From assembly GCA_964564625.1 (NCBI GenBank), contig CAZMBE010000006.1, positions 42,998 through 106,997 on the forward strand: a stretch of 64,000 nt of DNA, written 5' to 3'. Shown piece after piece: positions 17,828-25,890 of the stretch. The notes under the pieces are model-generated. The model made no database searches. It saw only the letters and a program-made list of their open reading frames with translations, and was not told where the DNA came from. The translations under genes were made by a program, and so were the position numbers. The stretch comes from an uncultured Syntrophaceae bacterium (lineage in GTDB: Bacteria; Desulfobacterota; Syntrophia; Syntrophales; UBA2185). Positions within the stretch are counted from its first letter, which is position 1; the number at the start of each line of letters is the position of its first letter.

Positions 17828-18199
17828 TTACTGATAGTGCATCTTCGTCTTGCTCGATGTCTGGCATTTGATATCGCAAACCACATTCTTCTTGAAGTGG
17901 ATATCGACCAAGGTGGTTTCCGATTTCCACTCGGAACCGACACCTACGAGAGAGGTGAAAACACCCGCTCCCGTTATATTCTTATCCATATAGGCATACT
18001 TCCATATCTCGATTTCGTTCTTGGCGTCGTATTCCGTATCTATTGGCTCGCTGCATACTCGCATGACATCTTCCTTGGTCGATTTTCCTATTATTATATT
18101 CTGCTTTACCGCTTCCACATCAATTCTTTTTCCCGCCGTCGCACACGATAGAATGAATATGGACAAAACAATAACAATTGGAAGCCTCTTGTACATCAT
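17828..18199 (-). CDS. Hypothetical lipoprotein
   Basis: 123 aa. Signal peptide with lipobox (FILSC). RBS is GGAGGAGGG. Confidence 0.6.
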   Translation of the reverse strand: MMYKRLPIVIVLSIFILSCATAGKRIDVEAVKQNIIIGKSTKEDVMRVCSEPIDTEYDAKNEIEIWKYAYMDKNITGAGVFTSLVGVGSEWKSETTLVDIHFKKNVVCDIKCQTSSKTKMHYQ

Positions 18200-18283
18200 G
18201 GTTTCCCTCCTCCAATGGTCTTTTCTTCCCGCCTAACCCATGAGATGCATCTCACATGAGCCATGACCTTTAGTTTCCCGCCC

Positions 18284-18478
18284 CTACTCATATAAATCCT
18301 GGTGCTTCAAATGAATGGGGGGCATTTTCTCAGGGACCTGGGTAATGCATTCTTTATATAGTTGCTTGACCTTTCCGTCCTCTCCATATCGATATTCCTC
18401 GTAACATTTCTGAACGGTCACGGGAGCACAGGAACCAAAAAACAGGACACACAACAGTAGAATACAACATCGTTTCAT
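18284..18478 (-). CDS. Small hypothetical lipoprotein (64 aa)
   Basis: Internal ATG at 18478 (MKRCCILLLCVLFFGSC lipobox), preceded by AAGGAGAA. The track's longer start has no RBS. Confidence 0.5.
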   Translation of the reverse strand: MKRCCILLLCVLFFGSCAPVTVQKCYEEYRYGEDGKVKQLYKECITQVPEKMPPIHLKHQDLYE

Positions 18479-18638
18479 CAGACATTTCTCCTTATATAGT
18501 TTATTGGATGCATCGATGGACAACAACACTACTGAAAACGTAAAAAAATACCCGTTCTGTTTTTACATTTTTTGCACTGCCACGAAAGAACTGTCTCATT
18601 CATCGACAAGATTCATTCCTTCAACGGCTATATCAACG

Positions 18639-20042
18639 TCATTGGCCGATACTTAATGCCGGGTCAAACTTACCCGATACGGTTGGTGACTGTGCATTGC
18701 CTGTCTCCCTCCTGACCTGTTCGGACAGATAGGGGATCAGCTCTCCCAGGGTGACATGGCTATCCTTGTTATAGTCTGCATCGCCATTGAGACCCTTGAG
18801 GAGGAAATATGTGAAGACGCCGTGACCTCCACCCCACTGCTGACCTTCCTGGGAAAACTGTCGCTCATCTGACGCGCTGATGACGGCGATGCCATCACCG
18901 ATCTTGGAGAGATTCTGGATGCCAGAACTTATGGGATTGATAGTGATGCCTCTCGTGGCGCGTCTGGCGACGTCGAAAGACTGTCCAATGCCTCCAGAAT
19001 GGCACGCGTCTGCGATCACCACAACTTTCCGTGCCTTAATAAAACGTTTCAGGGCTGTTTCAATATCCCACATCGGGAATCCCGTTGTGGCCACATCATC
19101 ATATTGGGCATCATAGGGCAGGAGAAAAAGATTTTGAGGGTAATCGGGGGACTGGGGGCTGCCGTGTCCGGCAAAATATATCATGACCGTATCTTCTTCG
19201 AGGGCTTGTCCTAACCAGTTAAAGAGGGCATTCCTGATATTTTGTGCCGTTGCCTTCGAATCAAGGAAAATCTTAACTCTGGATGGCGCATATCTCCCTC
19301 CTTTTTGTGAAACCAGCCACTTGTTGAATGCCCGTGCATCAGCGGCGGAGTATCGCAAGCCGGCAATCCGCGAGTCTTGGTACTTGGAGATTCCGATGAT
19401 GACGGCCCATTTTTGCCCTTGCACGGGGAGATATCCTGCATCTCTCTTGCCTGCTTTTCCCTGGGTGGGTTCGGCTGACGAGACCTTTACCTGCGTTTCC
19501 ATGTGGTCTATGCCCGTGTCCACAAGGGCAACCTCAACATCAACAAAGCCGTCATTGTCCGCGGTGGCTCCATAAAGTTCATTTATCCTGAAATAGAGAG
19601 TTCCCTCTTCCTTTGGTACGAGTCGATACTCGTAGCCGATGCCGAACGGCTCACCGTTCTCACCGATCTTACCGATCAAGGCGCCGGCACTCCATTTTTT
19701 CACGATGACAAACATTTCCGGGCAGATTGTACTGTGCGTCTCGACTCCGGACGGGCTTGTCCATCCGCATAAAATGCCGGCATGCCACCGACCTCGGGCA
19801 GAAATCTGATATGATGAGTTTTTTTGAACAATCACGCCGGAATTTTTCCATTCATTAGCCTTTGCATACACACGTGAGGACTTCTTCTGGATTTTCTGGT
19901 CCAGCGTGAACTGATCGACCTTTTCTGTGTACTTGAGCCCAGTGCATCCTGCCAGGATCATCAAGAACACATGAACTATAATTAGCGATTTCAAATTTGC
20001 CTGAAAATTCATGAAAGATTCCTCGAACGGCATCTCCAGCAA
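18639..20042 (-). CDS. Lipoprotein with LecA/PA-IL-like lectin domain fused to a caspase-family (peptidase C14) domain
   Basis: 467 aa. Lipobox ILAGC. The lectin-like region (ARGRWHAGILCGWTSPSG...GALIGKIGENGEPFGIG...LYFRINELYGATADNDGFVDVEV) resembles P. aeruginosa LecA. The caspase dyad is YFAGHGSP and VVVIADACHSGG. The real start may be the MNFQ Met at 20012. Confidence 0.8.
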   Translation of the reverse strand: MLEMPFEESFMNFQANLKSLIIVHVFLMILAGCTGLKYTEKVDQFTLDQKIQKKSSRVYAKANEWKNSGVIVQKNSSYQISARGRWHAGILCGWTSPSGVETHSTICPEMFVIVKKWSAGALIGKIGENGEPFGIGYEYRLVPKEEGTLYFRINELYGATADNDGFVDVEVALVDTGIDHMETQVKVSSAEPTQGKAGKRDAGYLPVQGQKWAVIIGISKYQDSRIAGLRYSAADARAFNKWLVSQKGGRYAPSRVKIFLDSKATAQNIRNALFNWLGQALEEDTVMIYFAGHGSPQSPDYPQNLFLLPYDAQYDDVATTGFPMWDIETALKRFIKARKVVVIADACHSGGIGQSFDVARRATRGITINPISSGIQNLSKIGDGIAVISASDERQFSQEGQQWGGGHGVFTYFLLKGLNGDADYNKDSHVTLGELIPYLSEQVRRETGNAQSPTVSGKFDPALSIGQ

Positions 20043-20330
20043 ATAAAAACCCGCTCTCTTCTGAGATACGGAGTTTCAATAATCTTTTCATGGCACCAAC
20101 ATTACCAACAAGTTCTGATTCATTGTTAACCTTTTGACGAAGCCCTATGGGCAAATGCTTCTTTTTCTGCTCCAAATTCTACGAAAAGTCAAGAGACAAA
20201 TTTCTTTGATAACCACTTGAAGGGATACATATCTGTCAGAATAACCAGATGCCTGGCTGCAGGTAGGAGTCAGTTGATTTTATCCTTTCAGAAATTTCGC
20301 GAGATGGTCACCAGAAGAATTGTTCCATCT

Positions 20331-20406
20331 TGGTCTCCGTCCCCGGATTCAAAATGGGGGATGGGCTGTGGCGCAGCTCGCCAGCATCGCTACGAACCCG
20401 ACGGAG
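20331..20406 (-). pseudogene. Degenerate 76-nt tRNA-like element (tRNA remnant or pseudogene)
   Basis: The minus strand reads CTCCGTC...TTTGAATCCGGG-GACGGAG-A-CCA. There is a perfect 7-bp acceptor stem at exactly tRNA spacing, discriminator A, an encoded CCA and a T-loop-like TTTGAAT. U8, the D stem, the full T stem and a 7-nt anticodon loop are missing. Confidence 0.35.
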
Positions 20407-20611
20407 CCCTATCGGATCAGCTCTTCCGTGTGGACGATCTTACAGGTCTTTTTACACATTTCCAAAAGAATCCATAATGATAAATTTGAATAGCATTATG
20501 ACTTGGATTGTGCTATTTGCACACCTGCCGCAGGACAGATGTTTTTTTGTGATCTTGGCTGAACGGGAGAAAACAAACGATGCAAGTGCACAAAAAGATA
20601 AAGGCACATAA

Positions 20612-20638
20612 GCCTCTTCAAATAGAGGCATTTTTTTT
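20612..20638 (+). terminator. Rho-independent terminator-like hairpin immediately upstream of the 20669 gene
   Basis: GCCTCT-tcaaat-AGAGGC followed by A and T8 (20631-20638). Confidence 0.5.
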
Positions 20639-20668
20639 GCGAAACATTTTCACAATAAGGAGGCAACT

Positions 20669-21061
20669 ATGATGTTCGTAGGCAAGAGAATGGTGTCATT
20701 TCTCACCGTGGTGTGCCTGCTGTGTGCCGCCTCAATCGCCCATGCGGATGCAGCCGCCGTAGCCAGGAGTATTGCCGAGTTCAAGGTGGCCTCCCAGGAG
20801 TTGGTCAGGCTGTATACGGGTGCCAGGGACGAAGCGTCAGCAAAGGCCACGGAGGCACAGATCAATGCGGCATCCAAGCGGCAGAAAGCGGCCGAGAGTT
20901 CATTGAACGCGGCGATACAGAAACTTGATCCCAATAAACAGGGAAGTGGCAAGATGATTGAAAAGGTGTTCATGGAGATGCAGGCTGCCAACGAAGCTGT
21001 TTCGGCAGCACATTTAAAGGCCATGGAAAATCAGGCGGTCGCCAAGGCACAGAAAAAGTAG
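20669..21061 (+). CDS. Secreted Ala/Lys-rich helical hypothetical protein
   Basis: 130 aa. RBS is AAGGAGG. Signal peptide VSFLTVVCLLCAASIAHA. Low-complexity helical sequence follows. Confidence 0.6.
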   Translation: MMFVGKRMVSFLTVVCLLCAASIAHADAAAVARSIAEFKVASQELVRLYTGARDEASAKATEAQINAASKRQKAAESSLNAAIQKLDPNKQGSGKMIEKVFMEMQAANEAVSAAHLKAMENQAVAKAQKK

Positions 21062-21168
21062 CTCTCTAGACAATATGCACCAGCGGTCGGCAACGTGCAA
21101 TAAGGAAACGATATGAACCGCAGTTGCCGTTCTTAACCGAATAACAATTTTGCTCGAAAGGAGCTGAC

Positions 21169-23391
21169 ATGAATCGATTTGATTACAACACGTGCGGTGA
21201 TATACTGTATTACCTGACATGGTGCCTCCGCTCAGTAATGATCATTGCCGTTGTCATGATGGGGTCTATTGAGTATGCAGAAGGAGCTCTGCAGTCTGCT
21301 CTTTCTTCCGGCGATCTTCAAAAAGTGTCGTCGTGGATTGCAAATGAAACCTCCCATCACCACCAGCCATACTGCTGGAAGCGAAGTTACGGCCGCGGTG
21401 TGGGAAAGCCGATGAAGTGCAAGGCAGGGGAAGCGTATGATGCCGGTTTGTGCTACACCCCGTGCCAGCCGGGTTACAAAGGTGTGGGCCCCGTGTGCTG
21501 GCAGAGTTGCGCGTCAGGGTTCAGGGACGATGGCGCTTTCTGTGCCAAACCGAAACCGTACGGCCGCGGCGTTGGCTACCCCTGGAAATTTGGCGATAAG
21601 GCGTTCAGTTTAAATGGTGCGCGCGCGCGGTGTGCGAAAGCCCACCCGCAGGGCTGTGAAAAAAACGGGGAGATCATTTATCCCAAGTGCAAAGAGGGAT
21701 TCCATCCGGTAGGGTGCTGCATTTGCTCGCCCGACTGTCCCCCGGGCCAGAGCGATATCGGCGTTTCCTGTGCAAAAAAAAGTTACGGGCGTGGCGTAGG
21801 CAGACCTGTGTCAACATGCCCGGCCGGGAAGGATAAAGATGCACTGCTGTGCTACACTCAATGCAAGAGCGGATATCACGGCGTAGGTCCGGTCTGCTGG
21901 CAGCATTGCCCTTCCGGGCGAGTCGATTGCGGCGCCGGGTGCTCGACCAGTAAAAAATCCTGCGTGAAGGATACCGCCAAAATGGTCTATTCGCCGATAG
22001 CAGCCGCGGGGCAAACCGCTGCCTTGATCGTGTCTGGCGGTACGAGCTCGGCCGCGACCGGAGCCGCCGGAGCTGCCAAAGCTGCCTCCAAGTATGCAAA
22101 GCTCAAGAAATTGTGGGAGAAGACCAAAGGTGCCAGGGAACTTGTCAAAGACGCCAAGAGAGCCGGTACGGTTGGCTATGAAACGTATAACACGACCAGT
22201 TTGTGGCTTAATGAATTTGTCGGCGATTTTGAACACATGACCACAAAAAGTGTTGTCAGTGAATTGGAAAGGCGTTTTAAGGGCGACGCGCTGCTCTGGG
22301 TCAAGCGGCAGTATGCGATGAACCACCTGACATTGATGTTAAAGGCTGACGGCATCGACACTGCCGAAAGTGTGTTGACAGCGGTTTCTGCATTTGATCC
22401 GACAGGAATAACAGGAGTCATCGACGCGTATGCAAATCCTAAATGCGCAACCGCTGAGCCCTTCCCGGTGGTTACATTGCTGCCCCCATATGGGCCGCCA
22501 CTGCCCGCCCCTCCTCTGGCAGGGGGTCTCTATACCCTTGCGGCCCGTCATAGCAACAAGTGTCTTGACGTAGCCGAAGCAAGCGGCAAGAGCGGTGCCG
22601 ATGCCCAGCAATGGGATTGCAACAACGGAAACAACCAGAAATGGAACCTTGTTTCCAAGGGGGGAGACATCTATACACTCGCGGCGTTGCATAGCGGCAA
22701 GTGTCTTGACGTAGCCGGCTCGCGTACTGACAACGGTGCCAATATCCTCCAGTGGGATTGCACCAGCAAAGATAACCAGAGCTGGCGGATCACCAAAGGA
22801 GCAGACGGTTCTTACCGCCTCACTGCACGTCATAGTAACAAGTGCCTCGACGTGTCCGGCGCAAGCGGCAACAACGGCGCCGATGTCATTCAATGGGATT
22901 GCCACAGCGGAAACAACCAGAAATGGAATATTAGTCCATCAGCACCAGCCGCCCCGCCTCTTGCGGATGGGTTTTACACCCTCACGGTCCGTCATAGCGG
23001 CAAGTGTCTCGACGTGTCCGGCGCGAGTCGAAACAATGGAGCCAATGTTCTCCAATGGGATTGCCACAGTGGAAGCAACCAGAAGTGGCGCCTTGTTTGC
23101 AGAGGGGGAGATTCCTGCACGCTCTCGGCGTTACATAGCGGCAAGTGTCTCGACGTATCCGGCTCAAGCGTCAACAACGGCGCCAATGTCCTCCAGTGGG
23201 ATTGCCATGGCAAAGATAACCAGACCTGGCGGATCACCAGAGAAGGAGACGGTTATTTCCGTATCACCGCCCGTCATAGCGGCAAGTGTCTCGACGTGTC
23301 CGGCGCGAGCGTCAACAGCGGCGCCAATGCTCTCCAATGGGATTGCCACAACGGAAACAACCAGAAATGGAAGCTTAACAGGACCAATTAG
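21169..23391 (+). CDS. Secreted or anchored protein: Cys-rich repeat region, Ala/Gly-rich central region, two ricin-B-type beta-trefoil lectin domains
   Basis: 740 aa. RBS is AAAGGAG. YGRGVG...C..C..GY.GVGPVCWQ.C motifs are repeated in aa ~60-265. Six (QxW)-type subrepeats (ARHSxKCLDVxGxSxxNGAxxxQWDCxxGxNQKW) form two trefoils. Confidence 0.8.
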   Translation: MNRFDYNTCGDILYYLTWCLRSVMIIAVVMMGSIEYAEGALQSALSSGDLQKVSSWIANETSHHHQPYCWKRSYGRGVGKPMKCKAGEAYDAGLCYTPCQPGYKGVGPVCWQSCASGFRDDGAFCAKPKPYGRGVGYPWKFGDKAFSLNGARARCAKAHPQGCEKNGEIIYPKCKEGFHPVGCCICSPDCPPGQSDIGVSCAKKSYGRGVGRPVSTCPAGKDKDALLCYTQCKSGYHGVGPVCWQHCPSGRVDCGAGCSTSKKSCVKDTAKMVYSPIAAAGQTAALIVSGGTSSAATGAAGAAKAASKYAKLKKLWEKTKGARELVKDAKRAGTVGYETYNTTSLWLNEFVGDFEHMTTKSVVSELERRFKGDALLWVKRQYAMNHLTLMLKADGIDTAESVLTAVSAFDPTGITGVIDAYANPKCATAEPFPVVTLLPPYGPPLPAPPLAGGLYTLAARHSNKCLDVAEASGKSGADAQQWDCNNGNNQKWNLVSKGGDIYTLAALHSGKCLDVAGSRTDNGANILQWDCTSKDNQSWRITKGADGSYRLTARHSNKCLDVSGASGNNGADVIQWDCHSGNNQKWNISPSAPAAPPLADGFYTLTVRHSGKCLDVSGASRNNGANVLQWDCHSGSNQKWRLVCRGGDSCTLSALHSGKCLDVSGSSVNNGANVLQWDCHGKDNQTWRITREGDGYFRITARHSGKCLDVSGASVNSGANALQWDCHNGNNQKWKLNRTN
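22520..23388 (+). repeat. Six tandem ~135-140-nt coding repeats (ricin beta-trefoil subdomains) with high nucleotide identity
   Basis: Strings such as CGTCATAGCGGCAAGTGTCTCGACGT and CAATGGGATTGCCACA recur at regular spacing. The repeats create long spurious antisense ORFs in the track. Confidence 0.85.
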
Positions 23392-23517
23392 TTCAGTTTT
23401 ATCAGTCCCTGCGGTCGACGATAAAGTGAAATGGAAGGCCCATTCCGGGGCATAAGGTAATTGTGCTAAGGAGTTTCCAGATTCCGGTAAAGAAATTGGG
23501 GCTGATGATAGATCTTT

Positions 23518-23720
23518 TTGGTCGATGTGACTGTCAGGACGATCCTTCTCTCTTCGGACGGAAGGAACATCCGCATAGTTCAGCCAACTAAGGATCTGTT
23601 ACGAAGCAACAATGACAATATGACGCGTAGATTTGGGTCATATCAACGAAACTGGTTATGCATCCATGAACATCACAATGGATCGTTATGGTCATTTGTT
23701 CAATGACCTGGATTTTACAA
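23518..23720 (+). pseudogene. C-terminal remnant of a tyrosine recombinase (phage-type integrase), frameshifted
   Basis: Two frames carry ...ILLSSDGRNIRIVQ... and LGHINETGYASMNITMDRYGHLF, the integrase box II with the catalytic Tyr. No upstream catalytic domain is present. It abuts the 3' end of tRNA-Leu. Confidence 0.6.
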
Positions 23721-23835
23721 AGCGACAAGTCGATATCCTTGAAACTTCCTTCCAGTCCGTTAGAAATCGGTTAGAAAAGGGCAAAAAAGAAGGGGTTGAA
23801 GCACATGAACACTTCGCTAACCCCTTGAATTTCCA

Positions 23836-23922
23836 TGGTGCCGAAGCCCGGACTTGAACCGGGACGGAGTTGCCCCCACTAGACCCTGAACCTAGCGCGT
23901 CTACCAATTCCGCCACTTCGGC
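23836..23922 (-). tRNA. tRNA-Leu (anticodon CAG), CCA encoded
   Basis: 87 nt. Acceptor GCCGAAG/CTTCGGC, anticodon stem CTAGG/TCTAG with loop TTCAGGG, long variable arm, T arm CCCGG-TTCAAGT-CCGGG, then ACCA. Confidence 0.93.
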
Positions 23923-24043
23923 ACTGTGCCATTAACGTTGGTTGTCTACACTGAGACGGAGATCATTGTCAAGAAAAAATGGACTTGAAATTAACTCCAT
24001 TAATGCTATGTTAACGCGGTAATTCGGAAGGGCGTATCGCAGG

Positions 24044-24976
24044 ATGAAAGTTATTAGAGGTTTAGAGGAAATACCGCAGGAATTCCGGGATGCCCATATA
24101 ACAATAGGCAATTACGACGGCGTCCACCTTGGTCACATCCCTATTCTTAAAAAAATTATCGAGGAAGCCCATAGGGAAAACCGGAAGGCTCTCGTGATAA
24201 CTTTTGACCCGCACCCGAAAAAGGTGCTGCATCCGGATATCAGCCCTTTTTATTTGATTACTACTCTCGAAGAGAAAATACAGCTTCTCGAGGATGTAGG
24301 AATCGATGGCGTCATCCTTATCCCCTTTAACCTCGAATTTTCTAAAATAAGTGCCGAAGCATTTGTAAATCATATTCTCTGGCATAAACTTCATATCAGG
24401 AAAATCTTCGTCGGTCATGACTATTCCTTTGGTAAAAATAAAGTGGGGAACGCAACATTTCTTACCAATAAAGGGAAAAAGCTTGGTTTTGAGGTTGATG
24501 TTTTCAGTGCGGTAAAATTCGGTGATGAGACAATAAGCAGTACCCGCTTGAGATACGCCATTCTTAACGGGAATATAAAGATGGCGATGCGCCTTTTGGG
24601 AAGGCCATACAATGTCAGCGGTATAGTGATCCCGGGTAAAAGTCGGGGCAGCACCCTTGGAATTCCGACGGCGAATATGAAACCGGACAAAGAACTTATT
24701 CCTGCCGAAGGCGTGTATGCCGTCATTGTCCTTCTGGAGGGTAACCGTTACCAGGGCGTCTTGAACATAGGATATAATCCTACCTTCTCTGATAGTGAGC
24801 GTTCTATAGAGGTGTTTATCCTTGATTTCAGCGGAAACATCTATGGGAAAAGATTAAGCGTGTTTTTCATCGACAGAATCAGAGATGAAATCAAGTTCGA
24901 TACCCCGGAACAGTTGGTGGGGCAAATCAGGAAAGACATCGATCAGGCACTGATAATACTGAAGCCGTATTTTTGA
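24044..24976 (+). CDS. ribF: Bifunctional riboflavin kinase / FMN adenylyltransferase
   Basis: 310 aa. N-terminal ITIGNYDGVHLGH nucleotidyltransferase motif. The C-terminal riboflavin kinase region has GIPTAN and the PTFS-type pattern. Confidence 0.92.
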   Translation: MKVIRGLEEIPQEFRDAHITIGNYDGVHLGHIPILKKIIEEAHRENRKALVITFDPHPKKVLHPDISPFYLITTLEEKIQLLEDVGIDGVILIPFNLEFSKISAEAFVNHILWHKLHIRKIFVGHDYSFGKNKVGNATFLTNKGKKLGFEVDVFSAVKFGDETISSTRLRYAILNGNIKMAMRLLGRPYNVSGIVIPGKSRGSTLGIPTANMKPDKELIPAEGVYAVIVLLEGNRYQGVLNIGYNPTFSDSERSIEVFILDFSGNIYGKRLSVFFIDRIRDEIKFDTPEQLVGQIRKDIDQALIILKPYF

Positions 24977-25039
24977 TAATAGATTTCTCAGTCACTCCGT
25001 TTAAATTTTGCAAACATCAATTAGTTTTTCCCTTCCATC

Positions 25040-25744
25040 ATGAAGATTCAACAACTCCACCACTGGGATGTCACATACAGAGAAGCAGTCAGTATTCAGC
25101 ATGGCCTCAAAGAAAAACTGGTTCTCCATGATGAGAATTTTCCTGAACAGATTACCACCATCGCCGGCGCTGATATATCCTATTCAAAGCAGAGTGACCT
25201 GTTTTTTGCAGCCGCAGTTCTGCTGGCCTACCCGGCTATGGAAATCATAGAAGAGACCTGCGTCACCAAAAGGACACCCTTTCCGTACGTCCCGGGGCTT
25301 CTCAGTTTCCGGGAAGGTCCGGCTGTTCTGGAAGCCTTTGTGAAGCTCCAGAGTGTCCCCGATGTCGTTATTTTTGATGGCCAGGGAATTGCCCATCCGC
25401 GGGGCATGGGCCTCGCATCACACATGGGGTTGTTTTTGGACGTGCCTTCCATCGGCTGTGCCAAAAAAAGGCTCGTGGGTGTGCATGGCGAAGTTGGCCA
25501 TGTGGTTGGAGATTACGCGGATCTCCTTCTTGACGATCACGTGGTGGGAGCTGCTGTCCGTACCAAGAACAAGGTAAAACCGGTATTCATATCACCGGGG
25601 CATAAAATCGGAACGCGAAGAGCGATTGAGGTGGTTCTTTCCTGCTGCAGGGGCTATAGACTTCCTGAACCGGTCAGACAGGCGCATATGACTGTAAACA
25701 GAAAGCGCCTGGAGGGTGTCAGTCTTGATGATTTTATTACATAG
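25040..25744 (+). CDS. nfi: Endonuclease V
   Basis: 234 aa. IAGADISY, PYVPGLLSFREGP, FDGQGIAHPRGMGLASHMG and IGCAKK motifs. Confidence 0.9.
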   Translation: MKIQQLHHWDVTYREAVSIQHGLKEKLVLHDENFPEQITTIAGADISYSKQSDLFFAAAVLLAYPAMEIIEETCVTKRTPFPYVPGLLSFREGPAVLEAFVKLQSVPDVVIFDGQGIAHPRGMGLASHMGLFLDVPSIGCAKKRLVGVHGEVGHVVGDYADLLLDDHVVGAAVRTKNKVKPVFISPGHKIGTRRAIEVVLSCCRGYRLPEPVRQAHMTVNRKRLEGVSLDDFIT

Positions 25745-25890
25745 CAGAAAACTGGATTTGAATAGATGAAGCCGGGAAAATTATACGACGAGGTAAGGCG
25801 CACGAGTTGTGAGGAATGAGTCCTACACTTACCTGCGTCGCAGTGATCATGGGAGATGCATACGATAGCTACGGACTTTTTTTGGGGCCG

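Noticed and set aside
18639-20042. The caspase-family protein was considered as part of a defence system (gasdermin or CHAT-type).
   Set aside because: The protein has a lipoprotein export signal and a lectin domain. No gasdermin-like, NLR-like or nuclease partner gene is adjacent, so an extracytoplasmic role is more consistent.
20217-20611. 86-aa and 93-aa overlapping plus-strand ORFs in the caspase / secreted-protein intergenic region.
   Set aside because: They have no RBS and mutually overlapping frames. Their GC-rich core coincides with the tRNA-like element on the opposite strand, which explains the open frames better.
21674-23455. Long antisense and off-frame ORFs (up to 239 aa) across the ricin-lectin repeats.
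   Set aside because: These are an artefact of six near-identical coding repeats, which propagate stop-free stretches in other frames. The plus-strand frame with QxW motifs is clearly the real one.
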